DNA of 64,000 nucleotides from Oceanospirillales bacterium (GTDB lineage Bacteria; Pseudomonadota; Gammaproteobacteria; Pseudomonadales; Balneatricaceae): contig CP093399.1 of the NCBI GenBank assembly GCA_029027825.1, positions 177,828-241,827 of the forward strand. Direction: 5' to 3'. The translations under genes and the position numbers were made by a program. A model generated the notes under the pieces. That model was not told the DNA's origin, did not search any database, and saw only the letters and a list, made by a program, of their open reading frames with translations. Positions 61,759-64,000 of the stretch are shown one piece after another (position 1 is the stretch's first letter; every line of letters begins with the position of its first letter).

Positions 61759-63036
61759 TTATTGGCGCGCATCAAAGACCAATTCTCCGCCGAGTAGTGT
61801 TTGCGTGACTTTACCGGTCAGGGTCGATCCTATAAACATCGAGTTTTTCCCCGCTGACGCTAAACTGCGTTCATCGACCAGCCAAGTTGCGTGCTGATCA
61901 AAAATAGTAATATCAGCTACGGCACCTATCTCCAGAGAGCCGGCGGCAATATTTAGAATTTTAGCTGGCCCACTACTCAGTTTTTCGATGAGTTGCGAGA
62001 GATTGATCAAGCCTTGTTCAACCAGTTGTAAGCCTAAAGGTAAGAGTGTTTCCAAACCGGAAATGCCGGCGGCAGTGGCTGCGAAAGGCGCGTGCTTGGC
62101 TGCTTCTTCATGCGGTTGGTGGTCGGAGCAAATCGCTTGAATTTCATCGGTGACTATGGCATTTAAAAGGCCGGCTCTGTCCAGTTGGCTGCGTAGAGGA
62201 GGTTGTAAATGAAACATGCTGTTAAATCCTTTGGCATTTTCATCGGTAAAAAACAAATGGTGCATGGCAACATCAACGGTCACATTGAGGCCGTTTTTTC
62301 TGGCCTGCGAGACCATGCTAATTGAGCGCTCACAGCTAAGTTGACCAAAGTGAGCGCGGACCCCCGCTTGTTCTATCAGTAGCAAGCAGCGAGAAACGTC
62401 TATAGTTTCAGCCGACTCAGGAATACCTACTAGCCCCATGTCTGAAGAAGTATATCCCTCGTGCAGTACTCCATTGGCGACTAAGCTGTTGTCCTGCGGC
62501 GTGAAAATCACCAAATAATCGTGGGTGGCTGCGTACTCAAGGCAGCGCAACAGCGCCTGGCTGTTCTCAATTGTTGCCCGATGGTTAGAAAATGCAATGC
62601 AGCCAGAGTTGGTTAGTGCCGCCATAGGTGCAAGTTGCTGACCTTTTAGGCCGATGGTTAAAGCGCCGATAGGTAGTACTCGAGCTTTGGCAGATGCCTT
62701 GGCTCGGTCTTGGATGAGTTCCGCGACCGCAGTGCTATCTATGACCGGCTGAGTGTTTGGAGGGCAGACTAAGGTGGTGATCCCCGCACTGGCGGCAGCT
62801 GTCGTTTCACTGGCAATGTTGGCCTTATGGGTGAAGCCGGGTTCTCTCAAGTGTGCACTTAAATCAACTATTCCGGGGCACACTACTTTAGAGGTGGCAT
62901 CTATAGTTATTTGCGTCGTGAAATTAGCTGGTTGCGTACCTATTCCGGCAACAACACCGTTTTTAATATACAGATCAGTAATGGTATCAATGTTGTTTTT
63001 AGGATCTATTAAATGGCCGTTTTCAATTTTAATCAT
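61759..63036 (-). CDS. pyrC: Dihydroorotase-like PyrC-prime, probably non-catalytic ATCase partner (start 63036 or 63063)
   Basis: PGIVDLSAHLREPG (first metal His replaced by Ser), AAASAGITT, PPLR, SDHQPH; directly downstream of pyrB. Confidence 0.85.
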   Translation of the reverse strand: MIKIENGHLIDPKNNIDTITDLYIKNGVVAGIGTQPANFTTQITIDATSKVVCPGIVDLSAHLREPGFTHKANIASETTAAASAGITTLVCPPNTQPVIDSTAVAELIQDRAKASAKARVLPIGALTIGLKGQQLAPMAALTNSGCIAFSNHRATIENSQALLRCLEYAATHDYLVIFTPQDNSLVANGVLHEGYTSSDMGLVGIPESAETIDVSRCLLLIEQAGVRAHFGQLSCERSISMVSQARKNGLNVTVDVAMHHLFFTDENAKGFNSMFHLQPPLRSQLDRAGLLNAIVTDEIQAICSDHQPHEEAAKHAPFAATAAGISGLETLLPLGLQLVEQGLINLSQLIEKLSSGPAKILNIAAGSLEIGAVADITIFDQHATWLVDERSLASAGKNSMFIGSTLTGKVTQTLLGGELVFDARQ

Positions 63037-63146
63037 GGGTCTGCTTACCTGGTAAACGTGCAACTGGCGAACTGGAGTAAATTACCCAGTTGAACGGGTA
63101 TTTACTACATTAATAATGCTCAATATTTATCGGCTACACAAAGTGA

Positions 63147-64000
63147 TCAATTTACCAATGAATGGTGATTTGCTTCGTTTAATTGGCCGGTAATAGCCAT
63201 CGACATGACAGCCATACGCACTGCAATACCATTAGTGACTTGCTGTAGTATAGTGGACTGTGGCCCATCGGCCACCGCGGACTCAATTTCTACCCCTCGG
63301 TTAATCGGGCCCGGGTGCATAACAATCGCATCAGGTTTAGCCAGCTTCAGTTTTTCAGTACTCAAGCCGTAGAGTTTAAAAAACTCTGCTTCACTGGGGA
63401 GCAGCGCGCTGTTCATGCGCTCTTTTTGTAATCTCAACATTCCGACCACATCGCAGTCTTTAATGCCCTGCGCAAAGTTAGTAAATACTTTAACGCCCAT
63501 CGCCTCAATGTTTTTTGGCAGCAGTGTTTTTGGTGCTATCACCCGGACTTCAGCGACGCCCAAAGTTTTTAAAGCATGAATTTGTGATCTGGCAACTCTG
63601 GAGTGCAAAATGTCACCGACAATAGCGACTACTAGACCTTTAAATCCGCCCTTACAGCGCTGGATCGTCAGCATGTCCAGCATCGCTTGGGTTGGATGGG
63701 CGTGGCGACCATCGCCGGCGTTAATCACGGCGATTTTAGGTGTTACTTGATTGGCTATGAAGTGGGCGGCGCCGCTATCAAAATGTCGAACCACAAACAT
63801 GTCAGCATGCATTGCTTCCAAGGTCATTAAAGTATCTTTTAAGGTCTCGCCTTTAGTGGTCGATGAGCTGCTGATGTTGAGATTTAAAACATCGGCCGAG
63901 AGACGCTTAGCGGCTAATTCAAAGGTGCTAGAAGTGCGGGTGCTGGGCTCAAAAAATAAATTCACCACGGTTTTTCCGCGTAATAGTGGCACTTTTTTTA
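63147..64000 (-). CDS. pyrB: Aspartate carbamoyltransferase catalytic subunit (5' end outside window)
   Basis: [52 protein letters not shown]. Confidence 0.96.
   Translation of the reverse strand, partial: KKVPLLRGKTVVNLFFEPSTRTSSTFELAAKRLSADVLNLNISSSSTTKGETLKDTLMTLEAMHADMFVVRHFDSGAAHFIANQVTPKIAVINAGDGRHAHPTQAMLDMLTIQRCKGGFKGLVVAIVGDILHSRVARSQIHALKTLGVAEVRVIAPKTLLPKNIEAMGVKVFTNFAQGIKDCDVVGMLRLQKERMNSALLPSEAEFFKLYGLSTEKLKLAKPDAIVMHPGPINRGVEIESAVADGPQSTILQQVTNGIAVRMAVMSMAITGQLNEANHHSLVN

Overview
Chromosomal window from a marine-type gammaproteobacterium. The pyrB/pyrC-prime and trxA-rho-ubiD-fre synteny suggests a Pseudomonadales/Oceanospirillales-like host (inference). The first ~44 kb is mostly accessory. 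It holds the 3' end of an ExeM/NucH nuclease, a cobalamin-riboswitch-controlled cbtBA cobalt transporter, LysE, PhyH and Aer-like genes, and a TtpC-type TonB system followed by a Fur-boxed heme uptake cluster (hemP, which the ORF track missed; an atypical TonB receptor; hemS; hmuTUV). Next come glpK/glpR and a two-partner secretion CDI-type polymorphic toxin locus set between two c-di-GMP genes, then moxR-DUF58-transglutaminase. The last ~19 kb is core genome (comM, rep, nudE, yrfG-hslR-hslO, pckA, trxA, rho, ubiD, fre, pyrC-prime, pyrB). The most striking part is the toxin locus. The 3077-aa TpsA has a CXXCH motif in its non-repetitive middle, a pre-toxin Hint domain and an RNase A-like tip with immunity gene. 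An orphan EndoU toxin/immunity pair shares an in-frame 13-bp microhomology with the post-Hint linker, and a 216-bp in-frame copy of the TpsA stalk lies downstream. Other points: two families of MITE-like intergenic repeats (one forms a deletion series), an in-frame TAA at codon 17 of ubiD, and a structurally expanded B12 riboswitch. No tRNA, rRNA, CRISPR array, integrase or transposase was seen. Family assignments come from motif recognition by eye, not database searches.
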